Source: Antedon mediterranea
Lineage: Eukaryota; Animalia; Echinodermata
Assembly (NCBI RefSeq): GCF_964355755.1
Contig: NC_092678.1
Coordinates: forward strand, 14,286,371-14,350,370
Direction: 5' to 3'
DNA length: 64,000 nucleotides
In this document: positions 24,008-37,552 of the stretch, in pieces
How the letters are laid out: every line of letters starts with the position of its first letter
Position numbering within the stretch: the first letter of the stretch is position 1
Notes under the pieces: generated by a model
What the model was told of the DNA's origin: nothing
What the model saw: only the letters and a program-made list of their open reading frames with translations
The model's database searches: none
Made by a program: the position numbers and the translations under genes

Positions 24008-26915
24008 GACAACTGTAAGTGCTGTTACTACACTGGTCTTGCACTCACTACAAAGCGATGTACTGTAGCAGATCTTGGCGGTATCAGACAAATAATGTTG
24101 CAGTGATGTGTTGTACATAACAAACACGTTGTCTGATACCGCCACGATTTGCAACACACAATAAATCAATTGCAATTGCGGGACTAGTACCTGACATTAC
24201 TTGTCTACAATTGTATCCTTAAAAATGTAACACTATCAATTTCGAGTTAGGCACTTCTCTATATCATGTTACTTTTAATGTTAAACCCTTTACAAAATAA
24301 TCAGAATAGCCTTTTATAATACCATATATAATCTGTATTCATAATACATCCAATCGTGTTCACACGTCTAGAGGGCGTGATACCATTATCCATACATGTA
24401 ACAGATACATACCTAATCTATCTAAAATGTAGCCTAAAATATTATTGCTCCATTGTCACTTAGAAAGGGTTACTCTAAAGCATGTTTCCTAAAAAAATTC
24501 GCGAGAATCAAACATTTCTGAGTTCTCATTTGTTGCGCATTTTTTTACGTCACAAAAAGTAGATGAAATTATAAATACGCATGCGCATTAGTAAACACTT
24601 TTCGATTTGAGTGACTACATTTCCATACTAAACACCAGCTTAACGCGATATGACAATGTCGTCGTTAGATTTGCACCTATTAAAGGGCATTATCTAGTCA
24701 AATGAATATGCATGAGGCGATGACGTTATGCTTGTTACTTTTTGTTCTCACGAATAGCGATGTTGTTGTGGTTACAGTGTATATCGGCCTCAACTCCGAT
24801 CTTCTTTACGTTTATCTGTTAAAAAAAACATTTTTTTGTTAAATACACTTTTAAGAAGGTGCACAATCATATGAAGAACGTCTGCATACTTATCAACGCA
24901 ATGTTCCTCAAAAACCATAATTATTTTCTTTGCAAATGTATTAAGGCAAACTCAACACAGGTGTACCAATTATCATTTATATATACATTTTAATGTTTAC
25001 ATAAGCCTATATTGTTGACCATGGACAAACACAAAAAAGGTAAAAAACATCATCGCGTTGTTAAAATTCAAGAATTGTCAGCACGTACCTATTTTTTCAA
25101 CAACTGCAATGACGTAAGCCTACTTTGTGAACCATTTGATTGGTCAGTTTTGACGATGGTTGAAGTTAAACTCGGTTCAACTTCAATGATTGCAGATTTT
25201 TAACGTTTATTTTTACACGTTTTCCTGTAAAATCGTTTATTCTGATCAACTCAACCCAACTCACCGTAACGTTACGTTGACAGGAACACAAGATTACATA
25301 AGTTATAAAATTCCGAGAAAAGACGTTTCAAAAAATAAATTTGAGATAAATGCAGATATTAAATATTTCTAATCTTATCTTTACTCTATTTATAAATAAA
25401 CATTTTTTTTAACTTGCAAAAAAAAATCGTCAGAATAAGGACACACTGTAAAATACGTGGTTTTATTCTGATTAATCTTACCTAAAGAAGAGCATTATAA
25501 TAAAAACACTGGCGGTGTGTTTCAACTTAAGTTATTTCCATAAAACAACTTACTTTCAATACACATAATTAGGTTGCCACGTATGGCCATAACACGCCAG
25601 ATATATTAATACGTCAGTGAGATAGTCAGTGATTTTTTTTGTGATTATTTAGACATACATAGAACTTCATGAATAAGAAATCATGGTGAGTGGCAAAGCT
25701 TGTGATATAATCATCATGTTGGTGATACTTATAATGATAGCATATCCTTTGTAAATGACATTCGTCGGTACGAAAAGATAAACATGGGTAGGCAACTATC
25801 GCACCAAATAATGTTCTTTATAGCTGATGTAATGTGTTCTTATTTCATTAGGTTTCTCTCTAAAAGATGAGATGACACAATCAAACAGTAAAATCCATAC
25901 AAGTCATTGTGTGCACCGCCAGCTGATTCTTCCAACATAGACATATATTGTCACTCAAAAACATGAAAAATGAGGGTTCATAAAATCACATTTTGAATTC
26001 AAATAGATTATTCATAAATAGTCTATTTTGGAAAGTTAATTACGTTTGTTGTAAAAAATATTGTGTGGTATATTCAATAACAACACAATTTTTCAGGAGA
26101 CAATATCCTTAATTGTAAAATTAATCAACGGTGTCATTTTTTATATGATCATGGAAAATTTTGAATTACTGTTTTTTTTCTTAAATAATGCCAAGATAAA
26201 TTGCATTTGTTAATATAATATCTGTATTGATGAGTGAATCATTATTATGTTGTTATCAATAAAGACTACGTGACTAAAACATTACTTGAAAAAACAATCT
26301 ATAGGTGTAAATACAATAAAATAAAAGACCTAATCTATGGTGACTTAATGTTTGTTTATTACTTACATGTCGCAACAACACCAAACAGTTGTGAATATTT
26401 TGTTTAACTTAGCTACAGTTAGATAACAAAGTATAAAGTCTAGTTTGTGTATGTTAGGGACAATCCTCATAAAACATTGTCAGCGTACAGGTACTGTTGA
26501 AATTACGTCTAATTTTGGATAAGTTTTTCTTTTCAAACTGCTTATTTTGACATCATCATTAGGCAAGATATCAATTTACATTGATTGAAATCAAGGTAAT
26601 AAAGTTGTGTTGCAGCGGAATAGCTATACGTTTTTAAAGTAAGTATTTAAAATAAATAATGCTAAGAGTCCTCAATAGTTTTTTTAATAGACCCATACCT
26701 TTTAAAATAAACAATTATAGTCCTATGTTCAAAAGGACTGTTTATTTGATACAACTAACTAACAGTTAAACGAGTAATATAGGAGAAACAACATTTTAAG
26801 TAAAATTCACAAAAGTGACTACTGTATTAGAATAAAGTAGTCACATGTACATGTTTTTTTTAGTTTACGAACTTAAGTAGTATACATATGAAACGACGTA
26901 TGTGCCAAAATGTTA

Positions 26916-28258
26916 TCTTCTATATATAAATTTACGTAAGTGCCAAATTCTGTAAATCGCGCCTTACTTCTATAATTTTTACTCGATAGTATATAAAGTT
27001 GGTTCGTACTTTCGGTACTGATTTTAACCGCCTGATGTAACCCTGTTTACTAATTAAATTAAGTTAGATAATTAATTATTGATGATTAAAACGAATTTAG
27101 GTTCAACGATTTGCCCCAAATAGGGGTGTTTTCCGATCGTGGTATACACTGTATAATGGATGTCCATCTTGAAAAATATCCGCCACAAAATGCGAGGAGG
27201 CTTCACATTTTCCTATCTCCTCCTACGGTAATAGTTTTTAATAGCTGAAAACTGGTTGAACAGCTAGAGTACAGCATCATATTGTTGAAGAGAGGCCGAT
27301 TTTCTTAAAAAAATAATATTTTGATAGATTTAATATACGATTATACAAATGTATTGATTTGCGATGAATGGAACATCTCAATCTCTCAGTCTGCCACAGT
27401 TTGGTTTAGCACAAGTAGGTAGATTTATGAGCCCTTGGTTTAACACATACGGTAGGTAAATATATGGTGGACCCTTTGAGAATAAACTTGCAATATTTTG
27501 ACAATACTGTAATACCTATTAACTATTTTTGGTCCTCATTTGAATCGAACATTTCTTACTGTAAATGTTCGTACATAAACGTATATATACAAATAAACTT
27601 TATTACTGAGATTGTGGTTAGGCTCTACTGTTAGATATATAATCACATTATTATATACAAATAAACTTTATACTGACAGTTCCTTCTCAACGTTTGTATT
27701 AATTAATAATTACTAATAATATAAACGCCGTAGTGGTGTATCGTGACATGTACTTTAATATTTCAATCGATTATGACAGTGACAGTTTTAACAAAGATTA
27801 AATCGCAAATGTTTTACTGTATTTAGAGGTATATTATTAATAAGCCATAGGCCTATAAAACATGAAAAAAATATTTCGTTAATGAGTGGATAAAGAATAT
27901 ATTTAAAAATTGTTCCTCTTTGCACCTATCCGCTTTCCCATCCCTCAACCCTAATGTTACATCTCCCTGGTTACATACAAAACACAAATTGGGTTTCTTT
28001 AAATGAGTCGAAATCAAAAATTTTGACTCATTTTGTGATAAATTTTTCCTTCGGAAGTAATTCCCTGGGTGCTAATTTTAGTTGACTACATAAATCATCG
28101 TGTCTATTTATTTGTTTCTGTAAACGACAATGTATTATAGTCCTGCGGTACGTACATTTGAAATCGCCAGTTTTGCTATTCTGAAATTACTGTGTATTCG
28201 AGAACCATCTATGGGTACGACCTAGATGGTACGCGAGCGAAGCGAGCGTACCATCTAG
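26916..28258 (+). mobile_element. Non-autonomous Helitron
   Basis: A|TCTTCTATATATAAA 5' end; 3' hairpin CTAGATGGTACGC-gagcgaagcga-GCGTACCATCTAG|T. Confidence 0.8.
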
Positions 28259-29650
28259 TTTTATTAATTAAGTCAAAACACAGTCTAGAATCTACACTAG
28301 CCGCCCTCTAAAAAGACAAGTAGAACAACTTCTCTAATGATATTTCTGTTTTATACCACTACTTATTTCATAACATCAAAGTGTGTCATACAATTAACGC
28401 TTTACTACCAAACCAAATGTAGAACCCTGGCTAGATCAACAAGAACATCTATGTTATGTAACATATATTGGCATTTTTCTGAATTATACATGAATTATTC
28501 CTACTATACTTCAAATGAAATACATGGTCCTCCTCTAATGCATATCATCTGTTTTCTGGTTTTTTTAAATGAATATCTAGTTATTCGTTTTCTAATAATA
28601 ATATAATAATATATTTATTTCCCCCAACGTTCACAAAATGACAACAAAATAAATATACGAAAAACGACATACAGGAGGAGGGCAGACAACTGCACACAAT
28701 AACAGACACATTTCGTTTTACAATCCCAACTTATCATAGGCAACATTAAGTTGGTTTCCATTTGTGAGATATCTGAAGAAGCATTCCGAAATACTTAACT
28801 TTACATAAATCGTCTCAACATCGAATCGCGAATATATTCTCGAGAATCAAACATTCATGGGTTCTGATTTGTTGCTCCTTTTTTCACGTCATCAAATGTA
28901 GATACAAATATAAATGCGCATTAGTCAACACTTTTGCATACTGAAAACCAGCTTAACGCAATAGGACAATGTCGTTCACTTTTCAAATTCAGGATTGGTT
29001 TACTTATTCCCTATTACTTATATTGATAGCATATCTTTTGTCGTCGGTACGAAAAGTTAAACCTGGCCTATCGCACCAAGTGATGTTCTTTAGAGCTGCC
29101 GTAAAGTGTTATTTTATTAGGTTTCTCTCTAAAAGATAAAATGACACAATCAAACAGTAAAATCCATATAGGCAACAAGTCTTCGTGTGTCAACTTAAAC
29201 ATTGTACACCAAAACATGAGAAATTAATCTGTTGTCAATTAATGTTGCTGACGTTCGGGTAATACGAGTTGGTCTATTGATTAAGGGTAAAAGGAAATTA
29301 CTAAAAACAGAGTTAACAAAATTGTTGGATTGATTATCGGACTGATGTTTAAGTAGGTCAATGTTAAAATCACCTAATAAGTAAATTTTTTTGTTAGTTT
29401 TTGCTAGATTATTTAACAGGAGATCAAAAGCGTCAATAAAAGCATTCGTATCAAGAGATGGTGCCCTATAGATTACACCAACAATAATGTTTTGATTGGA
29501 TTCAATCTTCTTCTGTTAATTTTTATTTTCTATGAAAGACAAGAGAAATAAATGTTACTTTGATTGATTGATTGATTGATGATAAAATCAGACTTTGAAT
29601 AATCTATTTTGAAAGTTAATTAATGCCAAAAAAGCCTAAAATCTTTGTTA

Positions 29651-29654
<4 letters not shown>

Positions 29655-29690
<36 letters not shown>
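29655..29690. repeat. (TA)n microsatellite
   Basis: Direct reading. Confidence 0.95.
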
Positions 29691-29693
<3 letters not shown>

Positions 29694-30518
29694 GTATTGA
29701 TGAGCAAAACGTCATTCTGATGTTATCATTAAATACTACAAGACTAAACAATAGTTGAAAAACAATTTAAATGTTTATTTAAAATAAAATAAAAGAACTA
29801 GATCTATGGTGACTTATTATTTGTTTTACTTGACTGCAGTAGGATAAAAGAGTCTAATCTGTATAAGTTAGACAATCATCATATAACATCGTCAGCATAC
29901 ATGTACTATTGACAATGGCAGGCATATACGTTTAAATAAATTAACAGGGTAATACTGGTGATTTATGGTCTGTATACATACACTATGACAATGATTTTTT
30001 GTTTGTTTTAACGAAGCTAAGCAGAGAGTTACTATAAAAGAGTACAATGTCTAAATTAGTTACAAAATCTTCATACAGTATTGTCAGTGTACATAACTGT
30101 TGAAAAGTTGAAGAATTATGTGTAGGTTGTTCTGTTCAAACTGTTTATTTTGACATTATCAGTAGGCAAGTATAGAAATTTACATTTATAGATAGCAAGG
30201 TATTAAAGTATTTATGTTGAAACAGATTATCTAGTTTCTATATGAATGTAGGTGTACAACGTATAAGCCTACGCTGAGTTAAGTATAACATGTTGTTCAG
30301 GACTATATGCCTTCGTTGCAGTGGACTAGCTTGTTTCCAAGAATGACGTTTACACCTTAAGGGCATAATGTAGGCTTAAGTTTACGAGGTCTACATGGCG
30401 TTTGTTGCAGTGAAATATCTTGATTCTAATAGATTCTAGGCCGTTCAGGACTAGATTGCTTCCTAATCATTGTCATATATTTCGTAGTATTTCTGTTTGA
30501 AAGAAAGGAATTAAATTA

Positions 30519-32300
30519 ATTTTTGGTTATCCGCACTTGGCGGATAACCCCTTGTTATTGTCAGGATCTTTTTTTTTTTTATCTTATTCTTATTTCTTTC
30601 CTGGAATTTTGGTGCACGTGTATCTCTAATTCTGGTCAACATAAGTTTGTATAACTTTGTTATAAGGTTGACCTGTAACTGTAGATGTGCAAGACACTTT
30701 GTTATATGACGTCAGAGTCGCGCTGCGCAAGTTACGCTCGATTTTATGACAGTTTATGGTTACTCATACATTCTGAAAAAAAAAGTTATTTTTCAATGAA
30801 ACTTAAAGATGTATTGTCCCTTGAAACACAAAAAAATGAAGGTCAAAATATTCTAAATTTAAATTGGCCATATCAAAGTAATATTAAAGTTATTCACTTT
30901 AAGTTGAAAATTCGAGCCAAAAGCAACAAGTTTACGTAATTAACAGGTAAATTAGTTTGATTACATTTCGTCTGGAAAATCGTCGCGAGCGAAAGTAAAC
31001 AAAGATTTTAAACCACGAGTACGCATTATGCATATGCTAATTAGGATTGTTTACAACTCGTCACGGTAGAGAAGGTATTTTCACACAGATCATGAGGAAG
31101 TTTTATGATTATGCATACAGAGTAGCCAAACAAGCGCGTTTCATTATGGGGTATGTTTTGATCGAAAACTTTGACTGGAAGTCAGAGTTATTTTTTAAAC
31201 AACAAAAAACGTCTTTATTTCAGTTAAATGATTTTTTTTTCGACAAATTTTTGGTGATAGTTAATAACTATTATGATACTTCAAAATGACCCACCTTTTT
31301 TCGAAATCTGTTATTTTTTATTTTTTTGGAATTAGTCAAAGGGACAATACAGCTTTAACGAAAGTGTATTTCATAATATGGAGCAACTTTTGACATGATA
31401 AAAATGGCGTGCTACGCAAAAAATTACGCAAGTACGAGTATTTGAAATTTCAAAATGCGCAAAATTAATTTCTAATCAATTTCGTGTACATTTTTCAGGC
31501 CATTTTCAGCATTTCAAAATTTTCTAAATTGTTTGCGTTTTGCGCACGCACTTACGCGCAGCTCGTAAAAAGCGTAGAAAAATGTTTTTTGAAATTTATT
31601 TTTGTTTTTCATATCTTAATATGTAGAAGATCAAATTCATTTTGATGAACTTGAATTGCAAAATAACAACGCCCATGCCCGTTACTTCAAGAATCGTGTG
31701 CTAAAAAATGGGTAATTTAATGCAAATTTGTGCAAAAATATACCTAATTTTAATCAGTTATAGCTCCTCGGGATGGCTAGTGACCCACATATTTTAAATG
31801 TTATTATGGAAGCTGATGAGTTGTAGTTATCAATTAATTTACAATTTATATCTATCGGATCTTTTGACGTCACCATATGGCCACTCGAATTAAAAAAATG
31901 TTTCGCTTTAGTACTAATTAATCCCATTTCATAGAGGGCTTTGCGCTTATGCTTACCCCATATCGCACTATATTTGAATATGTTTTTTCTCAATGAATTT
32001 TCTTTCCCATGAGTTAAAACAATTTTAATTTTTATTACGTGATCAAATAAAAAAAGGTAGAATAACGTGACTTGCTTAATTTTATCTATACAGTACATTT
32101 CAATCTGTCATAGCTCCTATGAATGAAAAGTGACTTGCATGATTATAACTTATTTTGGAAGCTGTTGAATTGTAGATATGAATTCATATACACATTTTGT
32201 CTATTTGATGTCATGACGTCATCGTATGGCCAGTTAAATTCAACAAGTCAGATTTTCATCTCTTTCGTAAATGTTTGTCGTGTCGTGTTAAAATTGGATT
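30519..32300. mobile_element. Probable Helentron-associated (HINE/DINE-1-like) non-autonomous element; right boundary uncertain
   Basis: T-run followed by terminal hairpin GGTTATCCGC-acttg-GCGGATAACC. Internal ~350-bp imperfect repeats (ATAGCTCCT at ~31760 and ~32110). Absent from paralogous copies A and C. Confidence 0.5.
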
Positions 32301-33116
32301 AAATGACGGGTCTCTTAATTCGTCTATACTACAATATATATAACATATACAGAGTATTCCGTAAATACTGTAATATGCTGTATGCTACAAAACAGGTACA
32401 ATTCAGCACTGTAACATATTTAATATATAATGTTAACAGTCCACAATGGTTTTTGTTTTTGTAATACACCTTTATACATATACAATTTATCTCGAGCGAA
32501 ACCACGCCTATTAAAACAAATTTCGAAGAACGTATAATGTTCAAAATGACTTTATTTGATACTACTAGCTTATCAAGTAATATAGGCACAGCTGTTCCAG
32601 AAATATGAATTAAGTGCAGCGCCCCCAACGTTTCATAGCGTTTCATGGAGTAGCGATTCCGAAAACATATTGTATACAAACCACACGAGGAACCCGGAAG
32701 CAATCAAGCATAAAACGACTGTTTTTTAATAGCCAATAAAAACAAATAAAAACCGCGAAAGTCAGAAAAATAATGAATATTCATTAGAACAACCCTGGAT
32801 GAAGGTGAAAACATGTTGTCGTCGTTTAATCACGTGGATTTTAAGAGGTAATGCAATTGAAAATTGTACACCCAACGCCAGTTTTTTTCTCAAGTGATAC
32901 ATTTAAAAAGTAGGTATAAATGTTGTTTTCCATATCAGTTTAAAAATAATTTTTTCTGTTGAATTCTTTGATTTAGTTGGATAGTTTAGTTATCCTTGAA
33001 TGTTTTAACAAGGATCGTATTCATATTGCCTGGCTGGATTTTTTCCTATGCTAGCTTATAATAGGCTATGCCCAGGCCCCTTTGCGTGGTTAAAACCAGC
33101 AGTGTAAGACTAATGG

Positions 33117-34027
33117 CTGTTTATTATTAACACGTAAACATGTATATTCGGTGGGCCTGAGTGACAGTTGACCCTAAAGCTGATTAATTACTTGTTCCTG
33201 GTCCTAATTATAAATTATGCCTAGGCCTAGGCCTAAGCTTTTTTAATAATCATTCATAATGGGAGAGGAGTACAGAGTAGGCCAAGCTACAGGCCTAGCT
33301 AGGCCTATATTATATATAGGCTAGGCTACATCATCAGCAGGTTAAAGGCTAGCAGCCTACCTAGCATGTCTTAGTCAAAGATCTGTAATATATTAATAGA
33401 AAGAAGCTATAGAGTACTGTGACATTAGATATTTAATCATAAATGCATATTTCTTTCATATTTGTATTGTATATTTATTATTTTGATATGCAATCACAAT
33501 CTAAATCAGTAAATAACATCAATTTCCGTTATCAATAAATAATTATTAATATATAAACCAAATTAAAATAAAATAACTGTTTATTTTTAACACGTAAACA
33601 TGTCTATTCGGGGACCTGAGTGACATTTGACCTGTTATAAAACTGATTAATTACTTGTTCCTGGTCCTAATTAAAAATTAGGCCTAGCCTAGGCCTAAGC
33701 TTTTTTAATAATCATTCATATTGGGAGAGAGGAGTACAGAGTAGGCCAGGTTACAGGCCTAGCTAGGCCTATACTATATATAGGCTAGGCTACATCATCA
33801 GCAGGTTAAAGGCTAGCAGCCTACCTAGCATGTCTTAGTCAAAGATCTGTAATATATTAATAGAAATAAGCTATAGAGTACTGTGACATTAGATATTTAA
33901 TTATAAATGCATATTTCTTTCATATTTGTATTGTATTATATATGCAATCACAATCTAAATCAGTAAATAACATCAATTTCCGTTATCAATCAATAATATA
34001 TATAAACCAAATTAAAATAAAATAACT
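33117..34027. repeat. ~460-bp tandem duplication inside the transposon
   Basis: Copies start at 33117 and 33577 and are highly similar; rich in TAGGCCTA palindromes. Confidence 0.92.
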
Positions 34028-34254
34028 TCCAAAAAATTAAATTCAATTACAATTCATATACCATTTGTTAAATATTTACAAAATGATTGTTCTAGCAATA
34101 ACACAAAAAAAATACTACCATTCATACAGTATACTGTACATAATAATATGCAATACTGTAACAATTAACTGAGAAATAGCAAACTATTCCTCAACTTTTC
34201 TGCACTTAGTTACCGGCCTAGTTACTTCATGCTGGATCTCAGGTGAAATAAACG

Positions 34255-35385
34255 TCAGATGTGACTTCATGATTTCCCACAAAACTCTTTCCATGGTACT
34301 GCTGTCGAGGAATTTATTTTTTCTAAATACCTCGTCCATTTTTGTACATAGAGGTCCAGTTTCAAATCTCTTGGTTCATACTGTAGTAGTTCGCTATATA
34401 AAATATATTAAAGAAATATGGCTTTAATTTTTATAGTATTGCATGTTTTAGACATAATTTTAAAGGTGTATAATGTAGGACTGACCAAGTCTTTGACCTC
34501 TTGTTCTTTTAGATTTATTCTGTGGCCAGTCTCTGCAATCTTACTATGCTGTTTTATCACAAGTGACACTGAGAGTTCATTTCTTAAATGCTTAAGATTC
34601 TCTTCTAAAGACTGGATTTTAATCATTGTACTTTGTAGCATGTCGATGTGCTGCAGCTTCTGATTTTCTCTTTCTGCTAGATGATCACCTGAGATTAAAC
34701 AATATTGGTCAACCAAATAAATGTCAATCTGCATAAAAAATGAGCATCAAAATTATTATATTTTAAAAATGTTAACTATTTCTTGTAGCAGATAATGATA
34801 ATATATGGATAATTCATAGGAAAATAAGTTCCAGCCAAAGGTTTGCTTTATTATGCATAAAAATAGGATAAACAATTTTGAAATTCTATGCTCAAAGGGA
34901 CAATGTATATTTAAAGAGCAACTTGACCAATTGAGTTATTATGTAATGTCAATGTAAAGTTGAAACAACATTTGAATTTACCAGTCAAGATGTCAGCATC
35001 CTGTCCCATGTTGAATATTATAACATATTGACACCTGGAAAAATAGTTGATTGAGGAAATATTTAATAAAGAAAAGAGGTATATTTATAAATTACTGTAA
35101 CAATTGTTTGTTTCGACAGTTATTTTATACTAACATTGTTCTTTAATATGAAGTACAAACACACATTTCATTGTTTGGAGTGTGTATTAAACTTTCTAAA
35201 GAGGTGGTTATGATTATTTACCTACCCTGTTTAATTCAACGTCTACCAGGTATGGCCTAACAACGCTGTGCGATAATGTTTTGCTTCTTTTTTATCACTG
35301 CCATGGTCTACAAAGACTTGTAGGCCTTGAGATATCTACAGGCTTGAGGTACATTGTTGGTTCTAATGTCATCTTGATTACAAAA
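34255..35385 (-). pseudogene. Spliced, degraded Chapaev-like transposase exons
   Basis: VFVDHGSDKKEAKHY (~35280-35330); coiled-coil exon ~34486-34729; GPLCTKMDEVFRKN / PRQQYHGKSFVGNH (~34270-34360, frameshifted). The RQxYHG..F.GNH motif is recognised from this transposase group. Confidence 0.65.
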
Positions 35386-37117
35386 ACAATAGATGTAACA
35401 GTACTTTCCTTTAAAAATAAATCAATTTTTAAATCTACAGTACTTCAGTTTTGTGTCCAAACAAATCCAAACAAGAGAGCTAATAGCCAAAATAATAAAC
35501 CATTATTATACTGTACAAATGTATTAATATTAAGAAGGCCTAACCTAGGCTGTGACACCAGCTAGCCTAAAAATGCACCAGGAAAGCAATAATTATTATT
35601 ATAAACACATGCCATTAATTATTTGGTAACAGTTATAATGATTACATTTAGGATTAGGGTAATTAAAGGTTAACTATTACGAATTTTCTATGTTTCGGCC
35701 TAGCTTCATTCTAGGCCCACATTACCGTCACGGTCATCGCGCGCGTCAACGCACTTTGTAAGCCTATCGCCAAACCGTTTTCTCGCCGATAACAATAACA
35801 ATGTATAAAAGGGTTGCAAAATATGCTAGTTTTACTAAAAACTGAACCAGGCTATATTAACAAAACTAGTATTATTTTGTTTATATAATAATGATGGACT
35901 ATATTCTAGTTCGTTCTTTTTCTAAAAAAATGAATTATATCCAAAAAAAAAATAAAGAATACAATGATATTTTCTACTTACGATTGTTTACTATTTCATT
36001 ACACAGTTTATCTCAACTTCCTGGTTTATGTGCGGGAGAGTATTTCAGTAAAATGGACAATATCGTCGTTTATTTATTAATTTATAGTAAAGAAACAATA
36101 AAATATTTATTTTTTAATTGAACATACACTTTTTTTAATCTTTTAGTTTTGTATAAAATGTTTTACTACATAAAAACTCACGATAGCGAAATTTAATTTG
36201 GCGTTCGCGAAATAATGGTTTGTAAACAAAAATTATATGTCCGCGCGACTCGGGGGGAGCCTCGTCTGCTAACACTGGGGGCGCTTGACTTTTTCTGATA
36301 TCTTAACACTAGTTGAAACAGCTGTGTAGGACAAACACCATTTGAAGTAAAATTTACCAAAGTGAATTCTGTATTATAATAAAGTATTAAAAAAGTCGTG
36401 TTTTCCTAGACTGGCTAGATCATCAAGAAAATCTGTGTTATGTAATAATTATATTTTAGTATTTTTCTGAATTATACCTCTGAAATACACATCTAATGCA
36501 TATAATCTGTATTCTGGTTTTGTTTTTTTATGAATATCTGGTTATTCATTTTCTAATAATAATATAATAATATATGTACTTCCTCCAACATTCACAAAAT
36601 AACAAAAAAATTAATGTACGAAAAACAAAATACAGGAGGACCATAACCTACACATTCCGTTTTACAATCCCAACTTATCATAGGCAACCTTAAGTTAGTT
36701 TCCATTTGTGAGATATGAACAAAGTAGTAGTAGTAGTAGTAGTATCTTCATCTGAAGACGCATTCCGAAATACTTAACTTTTCATAAATCGTCTCAACAT
36801 CGAATCGCGAGTATATTTGCGAGAATCAAACATTCATGGGTTCTGATTTGTTGCATATTTTTTTCACGTCATAGAAAGTAGATTAACATATATATACGCA
36901 TGCGCATAGTAAATAAATTTGCATACTGAAAACCAGCTTAAAGTGATATAACAATTTCGTAATTCAATTTCCAAATTCAGGATTGTTTTACTTATTCCCT
37001 ATTCCAGCAGAATTATTCTTTTTCTAATTGGGCAGAAAGTATTAAAGGGCATTATCTAGTCAAATGAATATGCATAAGGCAATGACGTTATGCTTGTTGC
37101 TTTTTCGTTGTCACGAA

Positions 37118-37535
37118 TTTCATTTCATTTCATTTCAAAAGACATTTATTTTCCTCCATAGCAATACAATACAAAATAATAAACAGAAATTGTAAGGTAT
37201 ATTAAAAATGAAAAAGATGATTTTTGGATATACAAAAGAAAAGTGAATTAAAGAAAATTGGCTATGGAGGAAGGCATAATCCCGAGAAGATGAGGAAATC
37301 TTGTGCTGGGTATGCCTATGCAAATAAAATGGAAATTAAAATAAGAGTGAAAATTAAGGGAAACAAACAAGACAAAAAAAAAATTAAATAAATAAATAAA
37401 TAAATCTAAAAAAATAGATCAATCACATTGTAGAATCAGAAAATAAAACTCAAAAACCACAGTAGATCAATGTTCAGCAGCATAAATCAAATTGCGACAT
37501 TCGATCGTTGTCTTTTTAATAGTTTGACATTAGGG
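37118..37535 (-). mobile_element. LINE 3'-end fragment with (TGAAA)n tail
   Basis: (ATTTC)n run followed by TTTATT (AATAAA on -). Absent at the paralogous site TCACGAAT...TTGTTGTGG (~24750). Confidence 0.6.
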
Positions 37536-37552
37536 GTTGTTGTTGTGGTTAC

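Larger units (their letters stand above)
32587..36326 (-). mobile_element. Chapaev-like (CMC) DNA transposon, internally deleted
   Basis: Termini CACAGCTGTT...AACAGCTGTG and 4-bp TSD TAGG. Empty sites GTAATATAGG|AGAAAC at ~26774 and ~41473. Transposase remnants inside. Confidence 0.85.

Noticed and set aside
32587-36326. ProtoRAG/RAG-like or Transib transposon
   Set aside because: The TSD is 4 bp (TAGG), not 5; no RAG2-like kelch/PHD remnant was seen; the transposase motifs fit the Chapaev-like group better.
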